From contig CT868074.1 of assembly GCA_000165425.1 (NCBI GenBank), positions 496,001 to 560,000 on the forward strand: DNA of 64,000 nucleotides. Direction: 5' to 3'. Under the pieces are notes generated by a model. It was not told the DNA's origin and did not search any database. It saw nothing but the letters and a program-made list of their open reading frames with translations. The translations under genes and the position numbers were made by a program. Shown here one piece after another: positions 1 through 15,056 of the stretch. Within the stretch, counting starts at the first letter, position 1. Each line of letters begins with the position of its first letter. Origin of the DNA: Paramecium tetraurelia (taxonomy: Eukaryota).

Positions 1-3000
1 CCAGCATACTGAAATTCCCAATTAGACACTCCTTAAAGAGGATTTTTATTCCCATAAGAACAATTAATGTTAAGGAATACATTCTAGGCTGTTTGAAGAT
101 TACTTTTATATAGTGGAGTAGTGTTGTAACTTGTTTGAGAACTTTGATATATCCTGAGGGCTTCAATGTAGAAATTAGGTAACAAGATTCCTGAGTTATC
201 ACAACTCTTGGCAGCCTACTTGACATATTTCAATACATCCCTTCCCAAACCTACTGTGCCATTGACTCCATTTATCAAAGGATTGTAAGGATATGAAAAT
301 TTATATAATGTGGGGAAGTTAAATTAGAATCTTCTACGAAATATAAAAGTTACATTAAACATGAAATTGTAGTTCTCCTCATAAGATAAGGTTTGATCCA
401 ATTCTCTTATCAATTAATTATACAGTGGAAGTGAGACTTGCCATTTTTAATTCGAAAAGTCTGATAATTAAAATCTTTAGATTCCCCCTGCATTATCTAT
501 TTATTATTTAGTTATATCCTGTTTGGTTAGAGCTTTAATTTCCGATCTATCTCTTATAATTGGCAAATCTAATCCAAATAATTGACTGGATTGATAGAGC
601 TCAACGTTTAAGTTAGTGTCAACATTTACTAAATTAATAGTGAAGGTTCCACTTACAATTGGATTGTCTTAAGCAGCAGGATTAAGTGCAGAGAACAAAA
701 TTAGGGGACCAAAAATGCAAATTAAGATAAAAATAACAAAGAAAAAGAAAATGATTTTGCTTATCTTTGATATTTCTAATCCTAATTGTCTTTTCATTAT
801 CTTTTAGGAATTTATTTTTGTAAAATACAATTACCTATGGATATCCTCGAGAGTAAACCATTAATAAATATCAAGTGATGTGTATAAGCAAGTCCAATCC
901 ATCAATACCTTTAAATCATATAAAAATGGAATTGAATAGAACGTTAGTGCAAAGTAATAGCTCAGTGAATTGTACATATACAAAAATTGGTTTCTTATTT
1001 TCAATTCTCGATACCCATATCTAAGTTAAAGGGCAGATAAGTAAAAATAAGCACAAAACAATAGAAAATATATTACAATAGAGGTATCATATTCTTTATA
1101 ATTATCTATGTTTCTGTTCCAAAGCTACAACAAATAACAATAGACAAAACAGAATACCAATGTTAGAATCACTACTTGTAATACATACTCTTAAACAAAC
1201 TAAGTTTTGTATTTGTTCTTATACACTGCTTTTTCTTGATTCTTAATATATTTTTGATCTCCTCTCAATTCTATATATCTCTCAACCATCATAAACAACA
1301 TTTAAAACACCAATGCTAATACTAATTGAGCAGGCACTTAATTATATTTTAAGTAACCTTAAATATTCTGTGATTCTCCAGTCATGAAATTGAAAAAGAA
1401 CAACATATACAAAAATAAGATTACTTAAATGGAAGCGATAGATAAATAAAGATCTATTCCTGGTCTTGCATATTCATAAGACATTATCTTCTCAAAAAAT
1501 CCTGGTTTATATTTATCACCTAAGATTTCAGGATTAGCTGCAATCTTCCTTTCTAAATCATTGCCTATTTTCAACATCACACTCTCAGGCTCCTTCTCCA
1601 ACCCTGAATTTTCCAATTACAATTTTCCTTATAATTAATTCTCCAACTCTATTCTCTCTATTTCCGGATTGTCAACTCTACCTATTTCTGACTTAGATCT
1701 CGATCTCTGTATCTCTGATTCTTACACTATCTCTTCCACCATATCCTTATTAAAATTGTTTAATTTCAATCTGATATACCCTTGAAAGATATTTTCTATC
1801 TAGGTGAAAGGGTAATCGAAAATGCCAAATGACTTCTGCAAGAATACTTAGAATGTAATCAACCAAACTGCAAATATTTCATAGAACAATCCCAAAGTGT
1901 TACTATTATCTAATACGTAATACCATGGAATATACTATATAGGTTCAGTTGGCTTACTGTATGATACTCCATACATTGAGTCTACAAATATCATTACAAT
2001 AATGAAAAAGTATAATGAATATGAGATAACCCAAAATATCTTAGTATTTGCATCTATTAATCCCCACACGAACATGACTATTGGCAAGACCATTCCCAAA
2101 AGTGCATAGTTTTTGAAATAGTAACAAATAATGATGATGTTGGTTATAGTGTCCCATTTAATCAAACAATATTTAAATATATCTTGCAGAAACAAGCTAA
2201 ATAAATGCATCGTTTTCATTTATATCAACTTATTAATTGGATAGTTTTATTTTGTTTATTCTAAAACTATACGCTCCTTCTCATCTATGATATGAATGAA
2301 TCTAAGTTCCTTGCTTAAGTTATAATTCGTTTCATATTAGTTCACATATTTATTATATTATTAACCCTTATATGGTTTATACAATTTCTTATACTTATTC
2401 ATTGCTTTCTAAATAACCTTATCTAATGCTGCATCATTTAATTTATCTTTATTTTTACATATCTCCTGATAAAATCTTCTGTATATTTTCTCAAGACTTC
2501 TCATCTCATCTTCATAGGATGTAGTATCATTCATCAGATGATTCTCTAGTTTGATAAAGACATGTCTCTGTAGTCGTTTATTTTATTAGAGAATGTAATC
2601 CATCAAAATATGAAATGGCATAAACTTTATTTATTGATTGTCGTTTCTCATCCAAATTATCATTTTGATGTATATTTTCCTAAAAAATGATTATTCTTAA
2701 GGAATTTAAACTTCTGGATCTGTCATAAAACTGGCAGTCAATTGAGGATACTATTACACATTAATTGATTTTTCCTTTTAGATTGATTAGATCTATATTT
2801 CCCTTAATCTTTTCTTCCAAATAATCATCTTTCTTTCTATCGTGTCTGTAATCTAGTTTAGAAGGTTCTTCTCCTCTTGCAATTTTAATATTTTTTTATA
2901 TTGTTGATAGTTGTAATTGTAGGCAAGACCTCTTGATACCATCCTAGATCTTAATTTCAATTTGGATTAATAATTATCCTAAGTGCTTTTCACATGGTTG

Positions 3001-6000
3001 GATAATTATAAATCAAAATACAATGAAATGAAGAAGATTAAGAAGATCTGTCCATCAATTTTTAAATGAAAGGCCTCCATACAATAGAACTCTAATCCAT
3101 TCCCTACATCTAATCGAACAGTTGGAGCATTCACACACTATTCTAAGAAGGTTGGGATTTTCAATAAGGTAAATAGGGCAATTATGATGGCAGATAAAGT
3201 AAATATTGCCTGATAAAATGCTTTAATTTTTATCCTTTGAGAAAAAGCATAAGGCCATCTAAAATGGAATTCTGCAGCATATAAAAATCCAATCACTATA
3301 AGTAATTACAAAAGATTAAAAATTGATCTATTCATTTCACATAACCACAACACAAATCCAAAGAGAATCAAATGATAATTCATTGTCATAGTTTGTATCA
3401 AGACATGTCTGAAACTATAATTCTTCTATCTCCATAGATTATATGTAATAATGATTTGACTATCACTGTGATTACTTAGGACCTTTTTGCACACTATAAA
3501 TTCGTTCTTCATTTTGATAGATTGCTTATAAATTTGATTGCAAAACCACTCTAGCATTATAAAATATAAATAAATAAAGGATACTATGAGACAATTGAAT
3601 ACAATGACAATGTTTAGCAATTCATTAGTCTCACATTTCATATCTTAAAATGCACTTTGTTTGAGTTAATCGCAATCCATTATTTCTGTACTTTCAAAAC
3701 CTAAAAAGGCCAACCAATAATTAGATAAATCTGTTTTTGCCATTACATTAAAATCATCAGGAGTTAAATCAAAATAGTTCAATTTAGGTACATCATTTAT
3801 TGAAGGAGTCCAATTTAATAGATAAAGGAAATATTAAAATAGGATGGAGAATATTGCAACAGAATTTAACATTTTCGTGGTTTTTACTGTAGCACTCATT
3901 TAAAACAATATAACAGATATTATCAAGTAGACTAATGAAAATATGGTATTGACTAATAAAGTATTTGACAAGTAGAGTAAAACGAGGAATCTTTAGAATA
4001 TCTTAAACAATGATTCATGAAGTAAAATCTTTACAAATCTACTTTTATTTTTAAAGTAATTCAAAATTAATACTTCTCTATCAAATGAATTATATTCACT
4101 ATGACTTTTGACAAAAACGACAAAATCGTATTTTTAATCAAATATTTCTTTACTTTCTTCATAAGACTGATTCTAAATTCTTGATTCCTCTATTTTATTC
4201 ATTTCTTATGTTTCTTATAGATTTTCTATGTTTTTTGTTAAGTCATCTTCTAGAATCTTTGTGCAAGCAGTATCAATCACATTAACAAACAATAGAAACA
4301 AATAAAACCATGAAACCTACCACATATTTGATTCAGTTTGAACGTAATTATTCTCATTGCAATCATTATTATTTGATTCATAACCACAATAACACTAATT
4401 TGTAATTATGTATTATCTTGAATATGTTCCAAAAATGAAAAAACTAAGTACTGTATAATCCACCCATAAGGGGGGATCTACAATTACTGTAAATGACTCA
4501 GTTGATAGAAATTAAGAGAAGTATGAAAGTAAGATACAAAAGGCAGTGAAGTAGAAAGAGTACAACCAAATTTTTCTTTTGAGTTTGATTCTGGTGGTTA
4601 GGCGTAACAATTTGAATTGGTCATTCAACCTTTTAATGTTCTTGGGTTCATCAATATGAGATATATCTGAAGCAAACTCAAGGTACAACTATTTGAGAAG
4701 ATAAATTTCTAAATCTATATAACGTTTTACATTTTTGTAGTTTTGTTAAGCTTTATTACTCATCGAGAACATCTAATATTGTATTGTGAACACGATAAAA
4801 ATAACTTAAATACAAAGACAACAATATGAATGCTGCTATTGATCTCAGGTAAAGTACACAAGATATTACAATATAAATTGTAATTATATCAGTATTAATA
4901 TGAGCTATTCCAATCAAAATTGACTTAAGCCACTTCTACTAATCTAATATTCTTAAATCCAGAACATTTTATGTATTCGATTCATTTAAATTTTAATTTT
5001 GTTATTTCATTTACAATTTCTTGAATTTTGATAATTAATTCAATGCAAAGGCACCAAACAAAATGTTTAAAGTGTCTGCCAAATATTCCATTCTTAAATT
5101 ATCTGTAGAGTAGGCATATAGACCAACTTCCTAATAATATAATTAGAGGTTCTCATAAAATGTTTAAAATCCTTCTGATTTATCCTTTAAGTCTGGAACA
5201 CAACTAAGCTAATAAATTTTAAGATAATTTACAAAAATGAAAATAGATATCTATATGAAAAGGCAAGCAGCAATAATTACATGTATATATACCACATCAA
5301 TCTTAGTTTTATGTAATTAATCTAAGAATTTATTGATTTAACATGATATAAGAAAACAATACCTATATACAATAATAATACATTATTGAGATAACTGTAA
5401 GGAGTGAATAGCAAAAAGCATATATTAATTACATAAGCTGTCCATATCAATGAATGGCCATATAATGTTTCTAAAATTCCAAAATGATATCTAAAATTGG
5501 GTGCAGTTTCTTTCACACTCTCAACTTATGAGATGGTGGCAATTAATCTCTAAAATATGATGATTTATTTACATTTGAATATTGATCATACAAAGTAGTA
5601 TTATATCCATAATATTAAATGATGGTTAGATAAAATAAAAGCCAATTCAATACTAATTAATGATTCAGCATGTTAAGTCCTAAAACTTAAACAACAAAAT
5701 AATTTGAATAAACCCCAAATAAAGTGTATACATATTTAACGAAAGTGAGGACACTCATGTAAACCAAAAGAATTATCCAATATTTTTATTGAAAAGGAAC
5801 TTTCTTCCCTTTGTATTCACATTTATTGGATTAATTAACAATGAATATTATCAGAAGGAAAATCATTATAAACTAAATTATATTAATTTCATTGAAGCCA
5901 ACCCAATAGAGCAATATAATCACCATAAAAAAGCCAATTCTAAAATAAAATGCCAAAAAAATGTTAAACCATTTAGTCTTTCCTTCAATTTCGTTAGGTT

Positions 6001-7979
6001 AAGTTTGTATTTATTTTTCTCTTTCCTCCTACTCCTCTATTTATTTGATGAACAAAAAAAATAAACACAAAGTACAATTCATCAAAATTGAATTAACGAC
6101 TGAACTTTCCTAATAAAAGAATCCAAGTTTTTAACAGACTGTTGTTGGTAAATCATCTACACCTTTGTATTAACTTGAAGGACAAAATTAATAGAAATTA
6201 TCAGGTCTATCCAATCCTGTTATATTGCTGTAATAGAAAGTAAAAAAATTGATCAATAATGAAGGAATATTACAAAATATTGTAGCCAGGCGAATTATTT
6301 TAAAGTTTAATGTAAACCCTGTTAAAATAAGCCAACATACTAATAAAATTGAAAAATATGTCTATTGGAGTATGACTATACTTAAGGACAATATTTGTAA
6401 AATAATCAAAGAAATCAATGGTTTATCTATGGTAGTTTTAATAGTTTCCAATTATTCATACCATGCTTTCTCAATTTTATGAAAATAGGTTGCAGAAGAT
6501 TCATATTGATTTTGAAAGATTCTGTCGATTTTAGGACTTTCTTTTGATTCACGCTGCTCCTACTCTTCAATGTCTTCATCTGAGATCTCCTTACTCTCTT
6601 CAGAATCAATATCTTTAGAATCTTCTTCCTATTAATTCAAGTTCCCAGTTTTTCTTCTCCCTTGAGGGGAATCATTGAAATCTACGGAGATGTTACCCAT
6701 CTAAATTTTAATGAATTCTTAAAACTATTTAAAGTCTTTGTATTATTAGGAGATCTCTGTTACAGTGTAATTAAATTGATTTTTGATATTCTGTGTTTTT
6801 ATCTTCTCACTTACTAAGCAGAGCATATTGATTACAATAATAGAGAAGATAATGAATAGGATGGCTTGGGATTCATAATTTGAAAAGTAGCCAAATAATT
6901 AGAACCCAGTAAATTATAAAGTGAAGGATGCTGCTCTGCTATTTTAAAGGATAACCTTCTATATTGGTGTGCTGATGAAATACATAACAACTAATATTAC
7001 CATAATTACTATCTTCAAAATTATAAAATATTGTTTATCTACTAAATGATTGTTATACATTCTCAACAGCAACACCAATTAAAACCCCCACATGATAAGA
7101 CCTATTAGAGATTTGGTACAGCAAGTTAGGATGATCAAACTAAGTAACATAATCAGCTAAATATTAATTGCCAATTGCTTACAATAAAAAATTTGGTCAA
7201 TATAGGACTATCTGATAATTCATAGAATTCTTATTTCAATTCGACATTTCTGAAAATTAATATAACTATAGCCAAAGCTAACATTATGCAGTTTGGTGCA
7301 AATGCTAAGCCCTGTTCAGATGAAGACACAGTGATTTTACCATTTATTAGTGTGAAATAGACTTCCAGTCCTCTGAAGTTTTCAATTGACATCATTGCAT
7401 AACCCTTACTATATTAATTTAAATTACTCCATTTTTAGCTATAGGGTATAAGGTGAGCTTAACAACCAAAGAGATTGCGGAAACTATAACAAAAACATAC
7501 CAAAAGAACTTCTTTACATCATTAAGAACCAACCAATATTGAGTTATAAAGTTATTTTCAGATTGCTCCTAGTTCTAGTTTGTATTATGAAACTATTCTT
7601 ATTATGCAGCGAATTCTGCTAATGGATAAAGTCTCCCATCTTTAACCTAAACTCCTTTATAGCTACTAATATAGGAGTAATTTAAAATTAAGAGTAAACA
7701 GATCAAATAAATGGTTGAGTAATAAGACTGTATTAATATGCAATAAATTAATAATCCAAGCATTCCTATGATGTCTAAAGCTTAAATAATCTTCCTGTAT
7801 TTTTTTGGTTTAATAGCAAATTCAGAAATTGGTTTTTCAGGTGAATCCTCTTTTTCATTTTTTGAATTTGAATCTCTTTGTAAATCAGAATTATCACTTT
7901 CTGATGGCAATTGTGAGTTGCTTTTTCCAATTGGAGTGGGGATTTCAATTTCTCCCTTTGACGATCCTGAATTATACAT
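1..7979 (-). CDS. PIEZO: Piezo-family mechanosensitive ion channel (3' end runs off the window)
   Basis: With TAA/TAG=Gln, ORF-track fragments starting at 7979, 5516, 3641, 2219 and 1616 share one frame. Many TM segments. The C-terminal part reads RPGIDLY...MMVERYI...LRYGY...IPFLYDLKVLMDWTCLYTSLDIYQWFTLEDI...FGPLILFSALNP, matching the Piezo anchor/outer-helix motifs. Confidence 0.92.
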
Positions 7980-8025
7980 TTAATAAACTATTAATATTTT
8001 TAAACAAAATATAGAATGGATAATC

Positions 8026-10028
8026 TCATGGTTTTTTCTAAGAAGTCTATAGCCATTCTTCTTCTGACATTTTAAATATGTATAAATTGTTGGCTTCTCT
8101 ATCTAGGAAAGTATAAACTAAAGTAATTTACATATGATTTCAGGTTCTGGCAATTCATTTGGATTTGTCACATTGAACTCATCCTTGAATAACATAGGAT
8201 CGTAATGTTAAATCTTTGAAATTAAGTCTGGTCGTTCTATTTTTCATATAAATATCGTTAATACATAGTTATAGGAATGCTGTTTATAGATAACCCCAAA
8301 TATGTTTAGCTTATGGATTAATCATAAGGGCACTTAGATACAATCTTGCTGCATCCAAATATTCTCCCTTGTAAGAATAGGCAAATGCTAAATTGACCCA
8401 AACTCTCACGTAATTAGGTCTAAGATCCAATGCTCTATGATAGCAAAACATGGCTTAATCTGCTTCACCAAGATGTGCAAGGGTGGCTCCTAATTTGTTC
8501 CAAATCTAGTAATTTTTGGGTTCAATTTGAAGTGCCTTCTTAAAGATCTCAACTGATTTTTAATAGTTTCTTTCAATGAAATAAAGTACAGCTAATCCAT
8601 TCAACAATTCAACATCATTAGGTCCTTGTTAATGAGCTGCTTCAAATACTTAAATCATTCTTGCATTCATGCATTTTATTTAATCTAAAGTATAATCATA
8701 GATATTTGTGTTGTCTGGCACAATACTATCATCAACAGGCACCTTGTAATTTGGATTTCTAATTAACCATTATTTTAAAAAGGACATTGCTTTGACTTCA
8801 TCCAAAATGTTTGTGCAAGAGATACCTAAGGCACTCAAGGTATCTAATTCATTTGGGTTTTATTTCATAGCATTCAAGAAGGCAGCCACAGCTCTTTGAT
8901 CTTGATCATTTTCTTGATGTAATCTACCCAAAATTCTCCAAGCGTTGGAATCTGTTGGATTCTTTTAAATGTGAGCTTCCAAAGCAAGGATTGCTTCTGT
9001 ATTCTAACCTTGATGCACTAAATTCAAAGCTGCTTATAAAGGAAAATCCATGGCCAAATATTTGTTATTTTCTTAAAATCTATAAGTATCATTAGAATCT
9101 TTATAGAGTTCAAATTCCTATAAATCTGATGCTGCTTACCAGGCTTCAGAGAACATTTTATCAAAGTCTGTTCCTGTATCCATTTCCTTAAGTATTTATT
9201 AATAGGTATCTTCAAGCTTCTTTTAAAATTGATCTTCATTTTATAATTCACTTTCATATTTTTCTAGTTTTTCATCCCACATTTTAGAGAACTTCTCTTC
9301 AACTTCTGTTAGATCTGATTACTTTTATTCAACATTCTTTGTGGCCTAATCCCATCCTTCTTCCAATGTTTGGATTCTCTCCAAAGCTGACTATTCTACT
9401 TTATCACCCTTCTAAGTGAGCAATTCATTGCCCACTAATTTTAGATTTCCATTCTAGATATCCTTCATAAATCTCAAAAATTTAGACTATTGAAATCTAG
9501 GATCAGGATCCTTTTCTAGAGCTTAGACTAGGTCATCAGCAAACCTTTATGATTTTTCACTCTAAGCCTAGACATCCTCTGCATTTTCATATGCTTCCTA
9601 AAATAAATATTCTTGAGCCATTTGATCTGCTTGATATTAGATTTCTGCTTGTTGCCATTGAAAATCCATCATCATTTACTACTGTATCATTGCTTACTCA
9701 TATTTCCTTTGCTCTTCCACAAACATCTTTTCCATCATAAATCTTTATTCCACATTTGCTTAATCATATTGTTTGGCCATGGTATCCCATTATTGATTCA
9801 TGCTTTCAAGCAATCTTTAACGCTCTTGTAATTTCTATTGGACCATAGGATCTTATTGAACATTTATCTATTATTATATTTATCTAAGATTCTTATATTA
9901 ACGATATACTATTGTTATGTTTGGCCAAACAGCATTCTATCCATAAATTGCTTGAATGGATTTTGACTCATCTATTAAGTTCCATCAGCAGTGCAAGCAC
10001 CACCTGTATAAATATTTCTGAAGGCCAT
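8026..10028 (-). CDS. PEX5: Peroxisomal targeting signal 1 receptor (TPR protein)
   Basis: N-terminus MAFRNIYTGGAC...NPFKQFM has the conserved Cys. C-terminal TPRs (WNKLGATLAH, YHRALDLRPNYVRVWVNLAFAY, YLSALMINP). Tiny introns; TGA at 8026-8028. Confidence 0.92.
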
Positions 10029-10038
10029 TATTAATTAA

Positions 10039-12457
10039 ATGTTAAATAATTTATTTGAGTCATTATGTGTAACAAGTGCTTTGGAGATCAGGTCGAATCT
10101 TTATTTCTGCTCTCCTCCCTTTATATACATCAATGAATAGAAATACTAATTCAATGCTAAGACCATCTACCTGCTGGATAACGTCATTGTGATTTATACG
10201 ATAGATAATTGCATCAAATTTGTCAATTAAGACTTGGAAGTGCTTTCCTCCTACACACTTCCCCAAATACCATTAGCCATATATCCTTATAAGGATTTCA
10301 TAGTGCTGGACTACCAATACGAATATTAGGTTTGTAAAATCGATGAAATCGACAACCTGATAAAGAAAAACAAAATTGTGAGTTTTGCGCCAAATCCCAC
10401 CAATTAATTAACATATGTGATCAAACAAAAATTGATGGAATGCAATGTCGTCTACTCTCATAAATTTATGGATATAGAAATGGGTGTTGAACAGATCTAC
10501 TGCATATCCAAAACCTAACCTCACTTCCTCTACCAAAGCATTGTATTTCCCCAACTAACAATCATCGACTTGCATAGATGCGAAGAACTGTACCATATCG
10601 AATTTGGATCGTAAATCGAATAGATATTCCTGTATCATAACACCTTTTTACTTCAAAGTGAGAACAAATTGTTCCAAATGCAAAACCAAGAAATTGTTGA
10701 ATTCAACTCAAACATCTAATTCAGAATTAGCTGTGTAGTCGAATTCAACAATCAAACCTTTTTTGGATCCATAAACGATAATTCCATCCTCGTTAAGGAT
10801 AATTAGATTATTAAAGAGTTCTATAATTTGGGCTAAATAGTAGACATACATCCTTGTAATCAAATATGTTTCATAGCAAGTTACAATAAGAAATATCCAG
10901 TAAGTCTATTTAGAAAAGGAATTAATGAAAATGTCTTGGAAAGATACAAATTAACAAATGAATTGAGACCAAGGAAGATCTTCTACATAAATCCGTCCTT
11001 GATGATGCTTAGCTTCTCTTAGACCTCTGAAATCTACACCATCCCTCAATTCATTATTGCAGACATCAAAGTGATCAAGAATTAAAAGACACTCTTTATC
11101 CATTAACTCTCCAGTATGATGTTGTTACAAATTACATCCAATAAAGTGATATTCCTGCAATCATATGAAAATATCATATATCAAGAAGAGTTTTATTAGA
11201 AGATAAAGGATTGCAGATTAGATTTAGCTAATAAAGCCTTATATCTCTACTTAGGCAATAATGAATTAAGATTGTACACAGTCAACGATTCCAACATTAC
11301 ATTGATCTCTTAATAAGTAATCAATCGTCTTAGTGCATTCTAAATCATAAATAAGAAACTTCACTATAGCACTTGGTTTTAATTTGAATTACATAATTTT
11401 AATGACTAATAACATTATTCCATCAATAATATCAACAGTACTATTGTATCTATTGAATAAACTCAGAATTTCATTTTATTGGGTTTGATTGATGGTAATT
11501 TGGTCACTTTGGCTTCTGATACATACAGAGTTCACAAAATATTCTAAATTAGCAACACTCATCCTATTAAATTGATGAAATTTAACAATAAAGTGATAAT
11601 ATTTTCACATCATATTTACATGATTGACAATTAACTTTAATAAATTATTGTGAATTGGGATCATCTCTACGATATTAGCTTCCAAAATGACAAACTTATT
11701 GGGATTGTTTAAAATGAAATCTAAATGGTTACTTTGAGTTAGGGATCTAGTTCATAATGCAGAGAATTAAAATTCATCAAGAACTTAGAGATTAAAAACT
11801 TGAGATTTTTTAAGGATCATTTGATAGTTTTAACAACTTAGAATTTATTGTTGAGCTACTTCGATGATCAATTAAAAACACAATCTCAATAACAATTTTA
11901 AATAGAAAAAATGGAATAATATAATAACATATATTTGGCAGGATTCACAGAATCTTAATAAGGAAAAATCAATATTGTAAATGAATAGCTATAATTAATT
12001 TATAATTATACATATTCAGAACCAATCTATGATCTCAAATTCCATTAAAATGTTATCTTTTTTTCAACTGAAACTGCTATTCATTCAAATGATGGATAAT
12101 TTGTACACAATTTCAATGTTCCACTCAAGGGATTTGACATCAAAGATAAATACTTCTTAATATATGAGAATTTCAAAGTATTAATTTAACCTATATTTTA
12201 AGGGAGCCCATTTATTTTATTATGATGAAAAGATGATAGCCTTAGGAAGTTTGAATTGTCCTTGTCAATATGCTTCCTTTTATTACGACGATATCATTTG
12301 CTTCTCTGAAAATGATGTAAAAATTGCAAAGTTGAATTTGCTTACATTCACTATTAGTGAACAGATGGAAATTGCTGTATCAAACCCCATTGAAGTCACT
12401 TGCGTTAAGGATAGGTATTATGGAACTCTATATGGTGTATTAGGATATTATGAATGA
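10039..12457 (+). CDS. Divergent DDB1/CPSF1/RSE1-family beta-propeller protein
   Basis: Motifs FFGSINDNSILVK, EFYNLGQIVDI, SLFRKGINE, MMLSFSQTSEIY and terminal YGTLYGVLG parallel DDB1 (FVGSRLGDSQLV, TNLGPIVDM, SLRIIRNGI, LVLSFVGQT, FGTVNGMIG). One ~25-nt intron near 12178-12202. The start codon is inferred. Confidence 0.65.
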
Positions 12458-12508
12458 ATTATAATCATATTGTTTTTATTTTTAGATTCAAAATTTTAAT
12501 TTAAAATT

Positions 12509-15056
12509 ATGTATTAGGAAGACACCCTTAACATAAATCAAATTCAATTTAATCAACTCTTATTGGAGGCTCACAGTCAATTCTAACTAAGAGATATGAA
12601 TCAGGCAATAAGATTATATGAAGAGGCTTTGAATTGTCAAGAGGCTGGAAGAGGTAAAATCAAATATAAATTACAAGATATTGATAGAATGGCTATAATC
12701 CTTGCTAATTTGGGCATAATTTATTTTCATAATTGCGATTATAAATAAGCAACCGAAAAGCTAATTTAAGCATTCACAATGCTGGATAGAAAGAATGATT
12801 TCAAATGTGCATTACTAATTAAAATTTTAGTAAATTTAAATTCGATATCAATTCTAGGGAAATTTAGCTATTATCAAGTTAATAACAACAGAATTTTAAG
12901 AATGCAAAGATTATAATGACTAAGCAATTCAATTAATTTTATCAGCGTATAAGTTCCTAATTATTTTAGTTAACCCCCATTGTAATATCAGCTTTTTAAA
13001 GAGCTAATGTACATATATTACAGGTTTTAATCATTTGAAGCAATGGGAGATGGCAATTTCGAAAATCTAGAATAAAAGTGTACTGAAATTTATATAATAC
13101 TAATGTAGATGATGGACAGAGTTTAGCATGCTTTTATTCTTCTATGGGATTGAATCGCGAACTATGTGGAGACATGGCCCTAGCTTTTAGGTATCATCAG
13201 AAAGCTCTAAAATTATGGTATGAACTTAAAGAAAATGGATTTATTGTAATTACATTAAGAAGAATTTTAACAATAGCACAAAATGAAAGAATGGATTGTA
13301 AGGATTATGTGTAATAATTATAAAAATGTATGTAATCCCCTGAATTAAGGGGAATAAGCCCAGAAATTTTATTTAAGGATTGTGAAAAAAAATTATAATG
13401 TGCTAGAGAAGTATATATTTATTGCATTTTCCATTTAGATAACCACATCATTGCAAAAATTAGAATAATAATTGAATTATCAAAAGAATTAGTAATTATT
13501 GTCATAGCCGTTAACGGTTAAATAACAAGATGAATTTTGGAAACTAGCTCTAAAATTAAGACTCAAAAGAGCAATCTAATATTGCTACCATCAGTTGTCA
13601 TAATAGGAAGTTGAGAATGCATCTTTACTATAATAATCTATTACGTAACTCGAACATTCTTTAAAGTTATTGGACTAACAATAACCATATGAAAACTATT
13701 TATAGAACTTGCCATTTACAAAGGAATCAGTCAATATAATCAAATCTCATTTATTGAAATTCAATCGAATCTGTTTGAAAATATAATTACAACCCTTTCT
13801 CAACTATCTTTATTAGTTAAAACTAGAAGATGATTAAGGACAATAGCAATTTTAATAGCAGCAATTTAATTCAAAATTTTAGTCTAATTAACCATACAAT
13901 TAGTAAATTTAAAATTCGAATTATTAAACTTAACAATAACCATAGTCTTTATCTAATAGGTAAAGGTAACTTGACTCAATAAATTCATAATACAACTCTT
14001 AACAAAGTTAGGTTAATAATGAATAATAAAATTAATTGAATGTTCAATCCTATCACTCAACAAATGATTAATAAAATTATATGGTAAGAGGCTAAAATCC
14101 AGTTTAGTATTAAAATAATCAATACCAATAATTTAATAACCCTTTGCAGAGTAATTATCCACAAAATAACCAAATTGAACAGCAAGACTTCAAATAGCAG
14201 AAGTAATAAACAATGTATGCGAATAATTATGAATAACATTAATTAAAAAATAGTGGTTAATTTGGATCTTAAATTATTGGTGTTACTGGAAATAATCAAT
14301 CGAAGATTAATACTGCCTAATAATAATAATAATTATTATAGTAGTAATAATAATCTTAATACTAATCATAATAATAAACAAACCTAAAATTCTCAAAATC
14401 TTAATAGAATCCTTAACAAATAAAATAAGGTTAGAATATGACAGTTTCTCTAACAAAGTCATAAAAATTAAAAAATGTAGGTCTTCTTAACGCTGCCTAT
14501 AGAACAGTCATGTTGGGGGATTAACTTACTAAATGCAACAAGTCTTCAAACGGAAGAATAGAAAGATTTTTCATCCTAGCTAATGACGGCACTTTTAGAT
14601 GGGCTCAAAATAATAAACATATTAATGATCCAAAATCTGTGAACTCCTATTTAGTTTCAGATATAAGAGGTTTATTGTATGGAAAAGTAACTGATGTTCT
14701 TAGAAAATCATACAATGACAAATTAGAACCTTGGTTATGCTTTTCTTTGGTAATGAAAACTAGATCTATGGACTTCTATGCTCAACCATTATAAGTATAC
14801 ATGTACATTTCTACTTTAGATTAACTCATGGGTCTTTGCAATGTCTGAAGAAATAAAAAGAAGGAATCCATCAGCATTTGTGATTACACCAGGGAAAATG
14901 CTTTGGAGAAAAATAAAGATTATCTTACATTGGTATTTTGTGGATAAAAAAAAAGAAAAAGGAGGAAGTAAAAAAAAGAATTAGCGCGAAATTAGATTCG
15001 CAAAGCTATTGTTATTATATGCAAATAATCTATGTAGATTACCTTAAATATAATGA
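12509..15056 (+). CDS. TPR-repeat protein with Q-rich linker and C-terminal PLC-type PH domain
   Basis: N-terminal TPR-like helices (AIRLYEEALN, ILANLGIIYFHNCDYKQA). C-terminal GDQLTK...RFFIL...FRW...IRGLLYGKVTDVL...CFSLVMKTRSMDF...SWV resembles a PH domain. Several tiny introns. Confidence 0.7.
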
